Source: Candidatus Sulfopaludibacter sp. SbA3
GTDB taxonomy: Bacteria > Acidobacteriota > Terriglobia > Bryobacterales > Bryobacteraceae
NCBI GenBank assembly: GCA_945861625.1
Contig: CAMAVI010000001.1
Span: forward strand, 81,944-145,943
Length of the DNA stretch: 64,000 nucleotides
Reading direction: 5' to 3'
The stretch's first letter is position 1. Each line of letters opens with the position of its first letter. A program made the translations under genes and the position numbers. Below the pieces are notes generated by a model that was given only the letters and a program-made list of their open reading frames with translations, had not been told where the DNA came from and ran no database searches. Below, piece after piece: positions 1-8,857 of the stretch.

Positions 1-673
1 CGGTGGGGGTGGGAGGCGGTGTGGCAGAGCCAGCCGGCAGACTCGCGGAGTAGTTCCATTGGTTTGCCAATGCCAACTTGGTGAACGTAAATGTCATCAG
101 GTGCGAATTGCCGAGGGAGTCGAATACTTCAAGCGCCGTCGAAAAGGTGTCTCCCACCGCCGCGGAAGCGTTCAAGTTCAAATCGATGGAAGCGCTGGTG
201 GTGGGCGTTGGCGGCGCCAGCGCCCCCACCGGAACCGTAATGTTCCCAATCGGAGCGTTCGTATTCAGAACCCCGTTTACGGTGGTCCATCCTTGCAGCT
301 CCTCGCCGGTGGGCGTGGCCAGATTTCCCGCCGCGTTCGCCAGGAAGTTGCCGGAGCGCGTATATTCGGTGGCGCCGGACCCGGTCTTGACAATAAAGAA
401 ACCGCTTCCTTGAATCGCCGCATCGAGCGGTCCCGTGGTGGCTTGAATGGCACCCTGAGCAAAGGTCCGGATCGTAACCGGGGTGGCTACGCCAAAGCCC
501 ACCTGGGTTGTGCCCGCCCCCGAGCCGACCGATTGCGACACCAGATCGTGAAAAGACAGCACGCTGCCTTTAAAGCCTGGCGTATTCAAATTCGCGAGGT
601 TATTGCCCACCACGTCGATCGCCGTGGTGTTGGCGTTCAAGGCGGAAAGTGCCGTGGAAAATGACGTTAACAT
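1..673 (-). CDS. flgE: Flagellar hook protein FlgE, N-terminal part (gene runs off the left edge of the window)
   Basis: Absent from the ORF track because it is open at the window edge. Minus-strand translation from ATG 673..671 reads MLTSFSTALSALNANTTAIDVVGNNLANLNTPGFKGS..., the conserved rod/hook N-terminal motif. An AGGAG Shine-Dalgarno lies a few nt upstream. It sits directly downstream of flgD. Confidence 0.85.
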   Translation of the reverse strand, partial: MLTSFSTALSALNANTTAIDVVGNNLANLNTPGFKGSVLSFHDLVSQSVGSGAGTTQVGFGVATPVTIRTFAQGAIQATTGPLDAAIQGSGFFIVKTGSGATEYTRSGNFLANAAGNLATPTGEELQGWTTVNGVLNTNAPIGNITVPVGALAPPTPTTSASIDLNLNASAAVGDTFSTALEVFDSLGNSHLMTFTFTKLALANQWNYSASLPAGSATPPPTPT

Positions 674-687
674 GATGTTCTCCTGTA

Positions 688-966
688 CTAAGAATTAGAT
701 TTGGGTTGCGCGGACTGCATGACTTTCAGAATCTGATCGAGATTGATCCGGCTTTGCGTAGTCTGTTCGAGCGTCGTGAACTGAGCGAGCTGGGTTATGA
801 ACTGCGTCCCGTCCGCCGGATTTTCCGGGTCTTGATGCCTCAACTGCGCGATCAACAGCTGCATGAACACGGACTGGCTGGCAATCGAGCTTGGCGCCGG
901 ACCGCGATTGCTGTCCGGAGCGGGCGCGCTGTTTCCTGTATTGGTTTGGACTGCCGGTACGCTCAT
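688..966 (-). CDS. flgD: Flagellar hook assembly/capping protein FlgD (short form, N-terminal domain only)
   Basis: 92-aa ORF. FMQLLIAQLRHQDPENP matches the conserved FlgD N-terminal motif. It lies between fliK and flgE, and its stop is 14 nt before the flgE ATG. Confidence 0.75.
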   Translation of the reverse strand: MSVPAVQTNTGNSAPAPDSNRGPAPSSIASQSVFMQLLIAQLRHQDPENPADGTQFITQLAQFTTLEQTTQSRINLDQILKVMQSAQPKSNS

Positions 967-969
967 GTT

Positions 970-2796
970 CTATTCCTCCATTTGTTCGAGCCAGTAAGCG
1001 TGCATTTGCCCGCGTTGGCGCTGCTGTTGCTGTTCCGGTTCCCGGCCGCTCTGCGCGCCGGGAAAATCTCTCTGGCCGGTGGTGGCGCTGTCTTGCCGGG
1101 AAAGTTCTCCGGGCCCGGATAGCTCTCCGGAAACGACCCCCGCCAGGAATTCGCCGGCCGCTTGTGGCGTAAACGTTTCCGCGCGAAATCCGGCGCGGTC
1201 GAGAGCGGCGACCAGTTGGGGTAAGTCCTGACGCAAAGCCGTACGCGTGGTCTCCTCGGCCGTCCGTACCACCACGTGCGTCTCGCCTTGTTGTTGATGG
1301 ACCCGGACCTCCACGGGCGGTCTTCCGGGCGGCACCACGCGCACGGTTAGTTCCCGGATTGGCGCCGAGTCCGCGGGACCAGCCGGGGGAGGCTGCGCTG
1401 GTTCCGTGGCTGGTTGCGCGGGGGGAGCCGGGTTGGATGTGACCTTAGGCGGCGGCGCGGGATGTGTGTTCGCTGGTGTTGGCGCGGGCGCCGTCGCGCT
1501 GATCGCCGATGTCTCGTGGAAGGGCAACGCCTGGCCGGACGCGGGCTGGAATGCCGTTTCCTCGCCGTTCGCGGAGCGCCTGAATCCGTTGCTTCGCGGC
1601 TTGCGCGGTTCTTCGCCGCTGGCTTCAGGGCTGCCGGTTCCAGCGCTGGTCTTAGTGCTGGTCTTGGCAATGAGATGCGCTTCAAACGCCACGTCCGCCG
1701 GTCCCGCTGAAAGACGATTCCATGCGCTTTCCGGAGGCTCCGCCGGTTCGGCGTGCGCCAGCGGTTCGGCCTGCACCAGGGAACCCGGCGCCCTCCCGTG
1801 TGCCGCGGCTGAATCCGCGCCTACCGCATCGGACAGCGGAACCGCCGATGCCCGAGTATCCGCCGGAACATGCGCCGGAACATGCGCCGGAACCGCAAGC
1901 AGGCTCTCCAGCGGTTGTTCCTCGACATCCCGACGGATGGCCGCGAGAGGTATATTCGGCGCCGCCGCAGCCATCTTTTCGAAATCGGGCAAAGTGCGGG
2001 TGCCGGGCAGGACTGAATTCGGATGGCCTGCGATACGAGGAGCGGCGGCGGCATCACGGTTGAGTGGCGGCGTCACCAGAGGGATAGCTAGGGCAAGCGG
2101 CAACGCCGTCATCGTCTTGTCCGGATCGAAGTTCATGGGGAAATCCGGCGCGAGGTTCAGAAGCCGTTTGGCGGGTGTCTGACGGATACTTCCGGCTTTC
2201 TCCACACCTGGAAGAGGGAGCTTATTGCCTGGTGTTCGGCCGGGTGTCTTGGCTCTCAGTAGGGAGTGCAGTGCTGCATCTGTAATCCGGGTGCCTGTAA
2301 CTTGGGCGTCTGCAACTTGTGCGTCTGCAATCTGGCTGGGCAGCTGCCGCGCGGCATGCTCACTTGATCCGTTGGGAGGCTCCCACCCGATGGAATCAGG
2401 CGCAAAGAGAAGCCGGATCCAATTCGGACCACTCGGTCCCGCTTCTGTCTCCGCCGGCGAAGCCGCCGTCAGGCGTGCAGCATAGTTTGCATACGGGCGC
2501 GCGGCGAAGCGCGCTGTCTGGTCTGCATCAAAGTCTGTGCCGAGAGCCGCATCCGGGCCTCTGCCGAGGTGTGCATCGGGGCTCGCAGTCAAGTTTACAT
2601 TTGTACTCGCAGATGAACTTGCGCCCAGGCTTGCCTCTAAACTTGCCGCGAAGCCCGCGGCGAAGCTTCGGGTGGGGCTTGCGGCCCGGCTGATGTCCAC
2701 ATTTGTATTCAGGCGAGCCAGGGCAGGGAATGCGGCAACGCCAGGAACGTACTCCGCGAAATCAAAACCGGCGATGCCGACAGCAGTCACGTTCAC
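970..2796 (-). CDS. fliK: Flagellar hook-length control protein FliK
   Basis: 608-aa Pro/Ala-rich ORF. The C-terminal segment IRELTVRVVPPGRPPVEVRVHQQQGETHVVVRTAEETTRTALRQDLPQLVAALDRAGF looks like the FliK/Flg_hook C-terminal domain. It sits upstream of flgD-flgE. GTG 2796 is the longest start and the true start is uncertain. Confidence 0.7.
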   Translation of the reverse strand: MNVTAVGIAGFDFAEYVPGVAAFPALARLNTNVDISRAASPTRSFAAGFAASLEASLGASSSASTNVNLTASPDAHLGRGPDAALGTDFDADQTARFAARPYANYAARLTAASPAETEAGPSGPNWIRLLFAPDSIGWEPPNGSSEHAARQLPSQIADAQVADAQVTGTRITDAALHSLLRAKTPGRTPGNKLPLPGVEKAGSIRQTPAKRLLNLAPDFPMNFDPDKTMTALPLALAIPLVTPPLNRDAAAAPRIAGHPNSVLPGTRTLPDFEKMAAAAPNIPLAAIRRDVEEQPLESLLAVPAHVPAHVPADTRASAVPLSDAVGADSAAAHGRAPGSLVQAEPLAHAEPAEPPESAWNRLSAGPADVAFEAHLIAKTSTKTSAGTGSPEASGEEPRKPRSNGFRRSANGEETAFQPASGQALPFHETSAISATAPAPTPANTHPAPPPKVTSNPAPPAQPATEPAQPPPAGPADSAPIRELTVRVVPPGRPPVEVRVHQQQGETHVVVRTAEETTRTALRQDLPQLVAALDRAGFRAETFTPQAAGEFLAGVVSGELSGPGELSRQDSATTGQRDFPGAQSGREPEQQQQRQRGQMHAYWLEQMEE

Positions 2797-3036
2797 GCCG
2801 GATGGGAATGCAGTTCGTGCGCCAAACCGGGCCAGCCCAGATTCAAGGGGTTAGGTCGTGCGCCCAGTCGCAATCTGGGACTGCGCGTCTGCCTAACCCT
2901 GCTCACGGTTCGATTCGGGCCCCTTTTTGGCACATCGGCTGAGTACACGAAAGATTGAGCGCCGTGAAAGCGCTGCAAATACGGCATCGTCGCCAGACGG
3001 TACGCCAATTGCCTAGAGAGTGCCGAGGAAGCGCTT

Positions 3037-3747
3037 ATGGATCCCCTTCTAGTTTCGGCGGCAAGCGGCATGAAGGCCCGTATGGATGTCCTAGATTTAT
3101 TGGCCAATAATATCGCCAACAGTGGTACGACTGGTTTCAAGGCGGACCACGAGTTTTACTCCCTTTATGAGCAGCAACTCCCGCTGGTCGAGAATCGCTG
3201 GACGGATTTCTCGCAAGGGACATTGCTGGCCACGGGGAATCCTTTGCACCTGGCGCTTTCCGGAAAAGGTTTCTTTGCGCTGAACGGCCCCGCCGGCACC
3301 GTGTACTCGCGGAGCGGAAATTTTCAGATTTCCAAGAGCAACCAATTGGAAAGCCCCGAGGGCTACACTTTGCGCAATGTTCTCGACGAGGGACGTCCGA
3401 TCAAAGTGGACCCCGCGCGGGAGATCGTCATCGGTAAAGGCGGGACTGTCCGGCAGGGCGGGCAAGCCGTGGGGCAGATTGAAATTGGCGAGATTCCGTC
3501 GGCGGCCGACGCCGTCGCCAAGTTGGGCAGCACCTACTTCGCCTTGACCGCCGGATCGCGGATGACGGCGCCCCCGGCGGCGACCGAGATTCTGCAGGGC
3601 CAGCTTGAGCAATCCAACGTACCGGTGGCGGATACCGCCGTACGGCTGGTTGGCGTCATGCGGCAATTTGAGATGTTGCAGAAAGCCATGAACATTGGTT
3701 CGCAGATGAGCAAGGAAGCCATTCAGGAAGTTGCCCGCGTGGGTTAG
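3037..3747 (+). CDS. flgF: Flagellar basal-body rod protein FlgF
   Basis: The N-terminus MDPLLVSAASGMKARMDVLDLLANNIANSGTTGFK carries the rod-protein motif. 236 aa, immediately upstream of flgG. Confidence 0.85.
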   Translation: MDPLLVSAASGMKARMDVLDLLANNIANSGTTGFKADHEFYSLYEQQLPLVENRWTDFSQGTLLATGNPLHLALSGKGFFALNGPAGTVYSRSGNFQISKSNQLESPEGYTLRNVLDEGRPIKVDPAREIVIGKGGTVRQGGQAVGQIEIGEIPSAADAVAKLGSTYFALTAGSRMTAPPAATEILQGQLEQSNVPVADTAVRLVGVMRQFEMLQKAMNIGSQMSKEAIQEVARVG

Positions 3748-3780
3748 GCCGGAGCTGATTCCGGAACAAGGAGAACACAG

Positions 3781-4581
3781 ATGATTCGCGCACTTTACAG
3801 CGCCGCCAGCGGCATGAACGCGCAGCAGATGAGTATCGATAACATCGCCAACAATCTGGCCAACGCCAGCACGGTTGGCTTCAAGGCCCGGCGCACGCAG
3901 TTTCAGGACCTGCTCTACCAAAGCTTCCTGCAGCCGGGAGCGGCGGCCGGCGCGCAGACGATCGTGCCCAGCGGCTTGCAACTCGGGCTGGGCGCCCGGC
4001 CCGCGGCCAACTCCACGATTTTCACGCAGGGGAGTTTTCAGCAGACGGGCAATCCTTTGGATCTTGTGATCCAAGGCAAGGGGTTCTTCCAAATCCGTAA
4101 GACCGACGGCACCATCGCCTACAGCCGCGCGGGCAACTTTCAAATGGACCGTGACGGCAATTTGGTTACCGGCAATGGCGACGCTTTGGAACCGCAAATT
4201 GCACTCAACGCGCAGGCGCAGACGACCACCATCGCGCAAGATGGCACGGTCAGCTACACGCTGCCGGGACAAAGCACGTCGCAGGTCGCCGGACAGATTC
4301 AGTTAGCCAACTTCACTAATTTCACTAATCCGGGCGGGTTGAACAGCGTCGGCAACGGCCTGTTTCTGCCTACCGACGCGAGCGGCGATCCCACCATCGG
4401 CAATCCGGGCGGGCAGGAAGGCATGGGCACGCTGCAACAGGGTTACGTGGAAACCTCCAATGTGAGCGTGGTCGAAGAGTTCGTGAACATGATCACCAGC
4501 CAGCGCGCGTATGAAGCCAGCACCAAGGTGGTCAAGGCGGCTGACGAAATGTACCAGCAGGTCAACAATGTCACGCCATAA
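3781..4581 (+). CDS. flgG: Flagellar distal rod protein FlgG
   Basis: MIRALYSAASGMNAQQMSIDNIANNLANASTVGFK at the N-terminus and GYVETSNVSVVEEFVNMITSQRAYEA at the C-terminus are typical FlgG signatures. Confidence 0.9.
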   Translation: MIRALYSAASGMNAQQMSIDNIANNLANASTVGFKARRTQFQDLLYQSFLQPGAAAGAQTIVPSGLQLGLGARPAANSTIFTQGSFQQTGNPLDLVIQGKGFFQIRKTDGTIAYSRAGNFQMDRDGNLVTGNGDALEPQIALNAQAQTTTIAQDGTVSYTLPGQSTSQVAGQIQLANFTNFTNPGGLNSVGNGLFLPTDASGDPTIGNPGGQEGMGTLQQGYVETSNVSVVEEFVNMITSQRAYEASTKVVKAADEMYQQVNNVTP

Positions 4582-4873
4582 AGTCCTCGCATTGGCGCTG
4601 GCCATGGCGGGGCCGGCGTTCGCGGAACAGGCGGCGGAGTCCTCGCTGCCTCCCCATGGCAGGCCCCTGGTGCCGATTCCACCGCGGAACGGCGTTGCAC
4701 GCGGTGAGCGAGTCGTCGTGGAAGTGACCAGCGGCGCGGCGCGGCTTGCCTTCGAGACGACGGCGGAGTCCGCCGGCGGCGTGGGCAATTTCGTTCTCGT
4801 GCGCAATCCGGCAAGCGGACGATTGTTTCCCGCCAAGGTGGCCGGCAAAGGAAAGGTGGTTATCCAAAGATGA
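4568..4873 (+). CDS. flgA: Flagellar P-ring assembly chaperone FlgA (short)
   Basis: Track ORF 4511..4873. The preferred start is ATG 4568 (MSRHKVLALALAMAGPAFA, signal-like), which overlaps the flgG stop. The C-terminal VARGERVVVEV...GNFVLVRNPASGRLFPAKVAGKGKVVI resembles the SAF-type FlgA domain. It lies between flgG and flgH. Confidence 0.65.
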   Translation: MSRHKVLALALAMAGPAFAEQAAESSLPPHGRPLVPIPPRNGVARGERVVVEVTSGAARLAFETTAESAGGVGNFVLVRNPASGRLFPAKVAGKGKVVIQR

Positions 4874-5484
4874 AAGTACTCTATTTGGTCCTGTGCTCTC
4901 TCACCGCGCTGGCGCAAAGCGGCGGCATGGGCGCTTCTCCCGGATCGCTGTTTTCACCTTCCGGTTCGCTGGCGGATTCCACGCGCGACCTGCGCGCCAA
5001 CCGCGTCGACGATGTGATCACCATCCTGGTCACCGAAAGCGCGTCCGCGGTGGCTTCCGGCGCGACCAACACTTCGCGCAAATCCGCGGCCAAGAATACG
5101 ATCACATCATTGGCGGGAACTCTGGCGGCGGGCAATCCGCTGGGCAATCTCGCCGATCTCACCAATACTCAGCAACTGCAAGGCACTGGCCAGACCAGCC
5201 GCAATATGACGCTGGCGACGACGCTCTCCGCGCGTGTCGTGGACGTGACGCCTAACGGAACACTGGTCGTGGAAGGATCGAAAGATATCTCCGTCAACTC
5301 CGAACGGCAAACCATTACCATCCGCGGGTTGGTGCGGCCCGCCGACTTGACTACAGCGAACACGGTGCTGTCCACGCGGGTGGCCGACTTGCAAGTCCGC
5401 GTCAACGGAAAAGGCGTGGTTGGCGATGCCGTCAAGCGGCCGTTCCTGCTGTCTAGAATCTTGCTCGGGTTGTTGCCGTTCTAA
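4870..5484 (+). CDS. flgH: Flagellar L-ring protein FlgH
   Basis: 204 aa with a signal peptide. DDVITILVTESASA and ITIRGLVRPADL resemble FlgH motifs. 4-nt overlap with flgA. Confidence 0.85.
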   Translation: MKVLYLVLCSLTALAQSGGMGASPGSLFSPSGSLADSTRDLRANRVDDVITILVTESASAVASGATNTSRKSAAKNTITSLAGTLAAGNPLGNLADLTNTQQLQGTGQTSRNMTLATTLSARVVDVTPNGTLVVEGSKDISVNSERQTITIRGLVRPADLTTANTVLSTRVADLQVRVNGKGVVGDAVKRPFLLSRILLGLLPF

Positions 5485-6578
5485 TGAAGAAGCTTCTGAT
5501 TTCCGCAATCCTGGTGTGCGGCGAACTCGCCGGAGCGGGTACGCGTCTCCGCGAGGTGGCCTCGCTCGAAGGCGTCCGCGACAACCAGCTGATGGGTTAT
5601 GGCGTGCTGGTCGGCCTGAACGGCACTGGGGACAAACGCCAGACCGTGTTCTCGGCCCAGGCGCTGACCAATATCCTGCAGCGGATGGGCGTAACCGTGC
5701 AGCCTTCCGCCATACAGGTGCGCAACATCGCCGCTGTCATGGTGACCGCGAGCCTTCCTCCGTTTGCGCAACCCGGAACCAAGATCGACGTCACGGCCGC
5801 CGCCATCGGGGATGCCACCAACTTGCAGGGTGGCCTGCTGCTGATGACCTCGCTCAAAGCCGCGGATGGACAGGTCTATGCCGTTGCGCAAGGCCCCATT
5901 GTGACGGGAGGCTTCGTGGCCGGCAGAGGCGGAAATACGCAGACCGTCAATCACCCCACCGTGGGCCGCCTGCCCGGCGGAGCGCTGGTGGAGCGCGCGC
6001 CTCCCTCGATTGCGCCCTCCTCGCATATTAAATTGCAATTGCGCCAGGCCGACTTCACGACCGCCGCGCGCGTCACGGACGCGCTCAATCGGCGTTTTTC
6101 CACGGCGGGACTCCCCGTGGCCAAGGCGGAGAGCTCAGCCGTGGTCGTCGTCGATATTCCCTCAACGTATTTGTCGCGGCCGGTGGAATTTATCGCGGAA
6201 ATGGAAAATCTGACCGTCGAGGCGGCCCATGCCGACAAGATTGTGATCAACGAGCGAACCGGAACGATTGTGTTGGGCAAGGATGTTCGCATCTCGCCCG
6301 TGGCCATCATGCACGGCGCTCTCAGCGTGGAGATTCAAACCACGTTCAACGTGGCGCAGCCGGAGCCACTCAGTTCGGGCCAGACGGTGGTTGCACCCCA
6401 GATCACGGTGGGCTCCAGGGAGAGTAAGGCGCAAAACGTGCTCCTCAAGGACGGCGCCACCGTTGAAGAACTGGTGCGGGCGTTGCAGGCCATTGGATCG
6501 ACGGCCCGCGACGTCATCGCGATCTTGCAGAGCATGCGCAGCTCGGGAGCGCTGCAGGCCGAAATCGAGGTAATCTGA
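5484..6578 (+). CDS. flgI: Flagellar P-ring protein FlgI
   Basis: 364 aa. RLREVASLEGVRDNQLMGYGVLVGLNGTGD is the hallmark FlgI N-terminus. 1-nt overlap with flgH. Confidence 0.9.
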   Translation: MKKLLISAILVCGELAGAGTRLREVASLEGVRDNQLMGYGVLVGLNGTGDKRQTVFSAQALTNILQRMGVTVQPSAIQVRNIAAVMVTASLPPFAQPGTKIDVTAAAIGDATNLQGGLLLMTSLKAADGQVYAVAQGPIVTGGFVAGRGGNTQTVNHPTVGRLPGGALVERAPPSIAPSSHIKLQLRQADFTTAARVTDALNRRFSTAGLPVAKAESSAVVVVDIPSTYLSRPVEFIAEMENLTVEAAHADKIVINERTGTIVLGKDVRISPVAIMHGALSVEIQTTFNVAQPEPLSSGQTVVAPQITVGSRESKAQNVLLKDGATVEELVRALQAIGSTARDVIAILQSMRSSGALQAEIEVI

Positions 6579-6883
6579 TGACAACTCCCATTCAGTCCGC
6601 GGTTCCCTTTCTGGGGATTTTCGCCGAGTCCAAGCCCACCAAGGTCGAAGATGCCGCGCAACAGTTCGAAAGCCTCCTGATTCACCAGATGATGCAATCG
6701 GCCTGGGATTCGGCGCCCGGAGGCCTGGACGAGGACGATTCCGGATCGGAGGGTTCAGTCATGCGCGATTTGGCCTGCCAGCAATTCGCTCAGATGCTGG
6801 CCAAACATGGGGGGATTGGACTGACCCGGCTCATCGTTAAAGGATTGTCATCAAAGGGCCAGGACAGCCAAACGGGTCGTTGA
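6578..6883 (+). CDS. Rod-binding protein (FlgJ N-terminal-domain-like, no muramidase domain)
   Basis: 101 aa. QQFESLLIHQMMQSA and GGIGLTRLIVKGL match the rod-binding domain pattern. It follows flgI directly with a 1-nt overlap. Confidence 0.7.
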   Translation: MTTPIQSAVPFLGIFAESKPTKVEDAAQQFESLLIHQMMQSAWDSAPGGLDEDDSGSEGSVMRDLACQQFAQMLAKHGGIGLTRLIVKGLSSKGQDSQTGR

Positions 6884-6913
6884 CGAAGGTATGCGGTTGT
6901 GTATAATTGCTCC

Positions 6914-7276
6914 ATGCGTAAAGTCGTCTTGTTACTTATATTTGTGTTGTCTTTCTCCCTGTTTGCCCAGGAGAAAGAAAAGAAGAAGGGACCCAGCCCC
7001 TTTACCAGTCCCAAGAATCTGAAAGTCCTGCCTAGCGAGGGACTGCAGGCCACCATGCAGGGGTACCGCGCCGCGCTGGGTGTGATGTGCACCTACTGCC
7101 ACGTGCAGGGCGACTTTGCCAACGATGAGCACCCCAAGAAGGTGATCGCGCGCAACATGATCCGCATGCTGGGCGACATCAATTCACGCTTCCCCGATGG
7201 TAAGGCTCACGTGAGCTGCTATACCTGCCACCGCGGCGAGGCTGAGCCGAAAATGACGCCTCCCGCCGCTCAGTAG
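6914..7276 (+). CDS. Small secreted di-haem c-type cytochrome (reaction-centre cytochrome c subunit-like family)
   Basis: Two CxxCH motifs (CTYCH, CYTCH) and an N-terminal signal peptide (MRKVVLLLIFVLSFSLFA). ATG 6914 is preferred over GTG 6899 from the track ORF. Confidence 0.6.
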   Translation: MRKVVLLLIFVLSFSLFAQEKEKKKGPSPFTSPKNLKVLPSEGLQATMQGYRAALGVMCTYCHVQGDFANDEHPKKVIARNMIRMLGDINSRFPDGKAHVSCYTCHRGEAEPKMTPPAAQ

Positions 7277-7300
7277 GCAATTACCCAACGGTTCTCCGAC

Positions 7301-7335
7301 GCGACCGGTGCCCGCCGGCCGCGTTTTTGTTTTTT
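7301..7335 (+). terminator. Probable rho-independent terminator after the cytochrome gene
   Basis: GC-rich imperfect hairpin GCGaCCGG-tgcccg-CCGGcCGC followed by GTTTTTGTTTTTT, about 25 nt after the stop codon. Confidence 0.5.
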
Positions 7336-7372
7336 CGCGCAAGAATCCAGGCAAAACCGTACAATCGAAGCA

Positions 7373-7615
7373 GTGGCTCGCAAGGCAGTGGCTCGCAAGA
7401 ATGACGGGTTCATGGCGTCCGCGGCGCGGTATACGTCGATTGCCATGACCTTGCCTGCTTCCACCTTTGCCGGCTACCTGATCGGCTCGGCGCTGGATCA
7501 GTGGTTCCACACCACGTATCTCACGGTGGTGTTCCTGCTACTGGGGATCGCCAGCGGGTTTACGCAGTTGATCCGGATGCTGATGCGCGATATGCAAGTT
7601 CGCGATAAAAAATGA
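7373..7615 (+). CDS. AtpZ/AtpR-like small membrane protein (ATP synthase gene 1 family)
   Basis: 80 aa with two hydrophobic helices (ARYTSIAMTLPASTFAGYLIGSAL.., YLTVVFLLLGIASGF). It lies directly upstream of atpI-atpB-atpE. GTG start; ATG 7412 is an alternative. Confidence 0.5.
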   Translation: MARKAVARKNDGFMASAARYTSIAMTLPASTFAGYLIGSALDQWFHTTYLTVVFLLLGIASGFTQLIRMLMRDMQVRDKK

Positions 7616-7986
7616 TCGATCTCTCCATCACGCGCATCACGCGGATTGCCATCGCCGTGGGCTTGGCGGGCGTCCTTCTGGTATTTGCCGTGCGCGACGT
7701 CCGCGACGCCACCGGATTCCTGATTGGCGCTGTACTGTCGCTAGTCAGCGTTCGTTCCTGGTTCAAGCTGGCGGGGGCGATCGGCGCTTCCGGTGAACTC
7801 CCTGGAGCGGGTTCCGTGGCGTTTTTGATCCTCCGCTACGGGTTCATCGCCGGAGCGGTGTATGTTATCATTAATGTTTTGCATAGCTCTCCTGGAATCC
7901 TGATTTTGGGGCTGCTGGTGTCTTTTGCCGCCGTACTCATCGAGCTCGCCTTCGGGCCGATGGTATCCAAGCAAAAGACCTCCTAA
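7612..7986 (+). CDS. atpI: ATP synthase subunit I-like membrane protein
   Basis: 124 aa with several hydrophobic segments. 4-nt ATGA overlap with the preceding gene, immediately upstream of atpB. Assignment rests mostly on position and topology. Confidence 0.5.
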   Translation: MIDLSITRITRIAIAVGLAGVLLVFAVRDVRDATGFLIGAVLSLVSVRSWFKLAGAIGASGELPGAGSVAFLILRYGFIAGAVYVIINVLHSSPGILILGLLVSFAAVLIELAFGPMVSKQKTS

Positions 7987-7999
7987 GTTATACATTCAT

Positions 8000-8761
8000 A
8001 TGGAACATGAGTTAGGGCTGACGGCCCTGTTCAACAACTACCTGGCCGGATTAGCCAACGCCATCCTCGGTATTTTTCACATTACCGCTGAGCATCCGGA
8101 ACGCCCCTGGGAAAACTCTCTGGTGATCGAATTACTAGTGGTGGTCCTGCTGGTGCTGACGGTTGCCGTGCTACGCGCCAGCCTCTCTGTCGATAAGCCC
8201 GGCAAGCTGCAGCACATTTTTGAAATGCTGTACGGCTTCTTCAAGACGACTGTCGATGAAGTAGGCCTGCATCATGGTTCACAATATATTCCGTACATCG
8301 GGACGATCTTCATTTTCATTTTGTCGATGAACCTGATCGGCATCATCCCCGCGTTCGAGTCGCCGACCATGGCGCCGTGGGTTCCGGCCGGTCTGGCGAT
8401 TGTCACTTTCGTTTACTTCAACGCCATGGGTTTTAAGGCGCACGGCATTAAGTATCTCGCGCACTTTGCGGGGCCTGTGCGTTTCCCGCATCCGATCCCG
8501 AATTTTATCATCATCGTGTTCATGGTAATCATCGAAACCATAAGCCTCTTCATCCGGCCGGTTTCGCTTACTGTCCGTCTCTACGGCAACATGTTTGCGG
8601 GCGAGCAGGTGACCAATGTGTTCCTGAGTCTCACCAAGATTGTCATCCCAGTGATCTTCATGGGGCTGCACGTATTTGTGGCTTTCGTACAGAGCTACGT
8701 GTTCTTTCTGTTGACGACGATTTATATCGCGGGTGCGACCGCCCACGAAGAAGAAGCTTGA
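8000..8761 (+). CDS. atpB: F0F1 ATP synthase subunit a
   Basis: Track ORF 7925..8761; ATG 8000 gives MEHELGL.... It is polytopic, and LTVRLYGNMFAGEQV contains the conserved subunit-a arginine motif. Confidence 0.9.
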   Translation: MEHELGLTALFNNYLAGLANAILGIFHITAEHPERPWENSLVIELLVVVLLVLTVAVLRASLSVDKPGKLQHIFEMLYGFFKTTVDEVGLHHGSQYIPYIGTIFIFILSMNLIGIIPAFESPTMAPWVPAGLAIVTFVYFNAMGFKAHGIKYLAHFAGPVRFPHPIPNFIIIVFMVIIETISLFIRPVSLTVRLYGNMFAGEQVTNVFLSLTKIVIPVIFMGLHVFVAFVQSYVFFLLTTIYIAGATAHEEEA

Positions 8762-8857
8762 TTTGGCATGATCCCCGCGCAAGTGTGAGCCACCGGTCCC
8801 CCAGGGCCGGCACGGAACCACCTCCTTGGCGGAATTTACTAGAAGGGAAATAGAACA

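Noticed and set aside
59-664. Plus-strand ORFs 59..664 (201 aa) and 78..413 at the left edge
   Set aside because: They lie antisense to a clear flgE N-terminus that is open at the window edge. Their Arg/Gly-rich composition is typical of shadow ORFs in GC-rich DNA, and they have no family motifs.
1860-1895. Short tandem nucleotide repeats inside fliK (ccggaacatgcg x2.5 here; gcgtctgcaa repeats near 2296..2335)
   Set aside because: They are in-frame low-complexity repeats (AHVPAHVPA, QIADAQVADAQV) in the Pro/Ala-rich ruler region of FliK. This is expected for that protein class and is not a separate feature.
2925-2941. TGGCAC-atcgg-CTGAG upstream of flgF as a possible sigma-54 promoter
   Set aside because: The -24 TGGCAC is present, but there is no GC dinucleotide at the correct GG-N10-GC spacing and no TTGC -12 element. 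That is not enough to call a promoter.
3097-4272. 391-aa minus-strand ORF spanning flgF and flgG
   Set aside because: It crosses the flgF-flgG intergenic spacer and is antisense to two strongly recognisable rod genes. The same reasoning applies to other long antisense ORFs (for example 8279..9295, 31032..32165, 34435..35592, 45816..46859, 46913..47938, 49838..50815, 53404..54405).
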